A stretch of 64,000 bases of DNA from Phoronis australis. Lineage: Eukaryota; Animalia; Phoronida. The DNA is taken from the NCBI GenBank assembly GCA_002633005.1, contig NMRA01000009.1, positions 1,396,761-1,460,760 on the forward strand, in the 5' to 3' direction. A model generated the notes under the pieces. That model was not told the origin of the DNA and searched no databases. It saw only the letters and a program-made list of their open reading frames with translations. Positions 63,394 through 64,000 of this stretch are shown in pieces. The translations under genes were made by a program, and so were the position numbers. How positions within the stretch are numbered: position 1 is the stretch's first letter; the number at the start of each line of letters is the position of its first letter.

Positions 63394-63652
63394 CATTTCC
63401 TGTAATGACTGCTAATCCTGTTAACAGTAAAATTGATGGCTAATAACTCTTAAGGCTATAAATTTCTGATTGTAGAAAGGTTTAGGTATCTTACTAACTT
63501 TCCTATTTATTCCTCTCCATTGTGGGACATGTGGACATATCATTTTGTCAGAATAATTTTGGCTTGAACTATCAATCAAAAATTGTTTAGTGACAGAAGG
63601 CTCATTTTTTGCACCTTGAACATTTAGCTGAGCTGGGTTGTATGGTGTTTTA

Positions 63653-64000
63653 GGTTATGTGGAACCTTATAAAATGTCCAAATTTGGCTAACTTTAGAAC
63701 ATCGTATATCAGAAACGACTGGTTGAAATCATATGAAACTTTCAGATACTCAATGCTTTATCCACTGTTCTCAAAACATCGTCAGGAGTTGCTGTTAAAA
63801 ATGTTCCATTTTTGCAGGAGTGTCTGTTAAGTAAAGAGGACTTTGTGATTTTCATGAAAAAACTACATAAAGTAACAACAAAATGATATTTTAGAAAACT
63901 ATAACAGCATTTTCAAGATGTCACCTTGAACATTTATATCAAATAAAATTTAATCCTGTGATTGGTACCGTTTTCTTTCTATGCACCAACCTTTTTTGCT
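63653..64000 (+). mobile_element. Family K copy running off the window end
   Basis: ttta|ggttatgtggaaccttataaaatgtccaaatttggctaacttt. Confidence 0.78.

Noticed and set aside
1-64000. tRNA, rRNA or snRNA genes and intact autonomous transposase or reverse transcriptase ORFs
   Set aside because: None were recognised by eye and no ORF is long enough. tRNAscan-SE and Infernal/Rfam would be needed to exclude small RNA genes formally.

Overview
AT-rich animal genomic DNA with GT-AG introns, scaffold Ns and a dense DNA-transposon landscape. It is probably from a marine invertebrate (inference from composition and repeat types). Bases 185-9135 (+) hold the last nine coding exons (about 374 codons) of a TBC1D2/TBC1D2B-type Rab-GAP gene with an intact Arg finger (IELDLLR) and Gln finger (YCQG), followed by a 3' UTR. 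Roughly 12-27.5 kb is visibly CpG-richer and contains a hAT-like element with a zinc-finger remnant, a Penelope-like GIY-YIG pseudogene, a THAP-domain remnant, a pair of cryptic homologous coding fragments and candidate non-coding first exons. From about 27.8 kb to the end the DNA looks like long intron(s) of an unidentified + strand gene with no recognisable coding exon, filled with MITEs. The most notable observations are: (1) Helentron/DINE-1-type non-autonomous elements whose internal 140-160 bp tandem units each end in a co-oriented CTCF-like motif; (2) a nested hAT element with a 5-bp TSD containing a Helentron and a foldback; (3) several CA..TG elements with non-canonical 5- or 6-bp TSDs; (4) an unidentified protein motif carried antisense inside the hAT element, with a decayed homolog beside it. 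All calls were made by eye, with no database search or computation.
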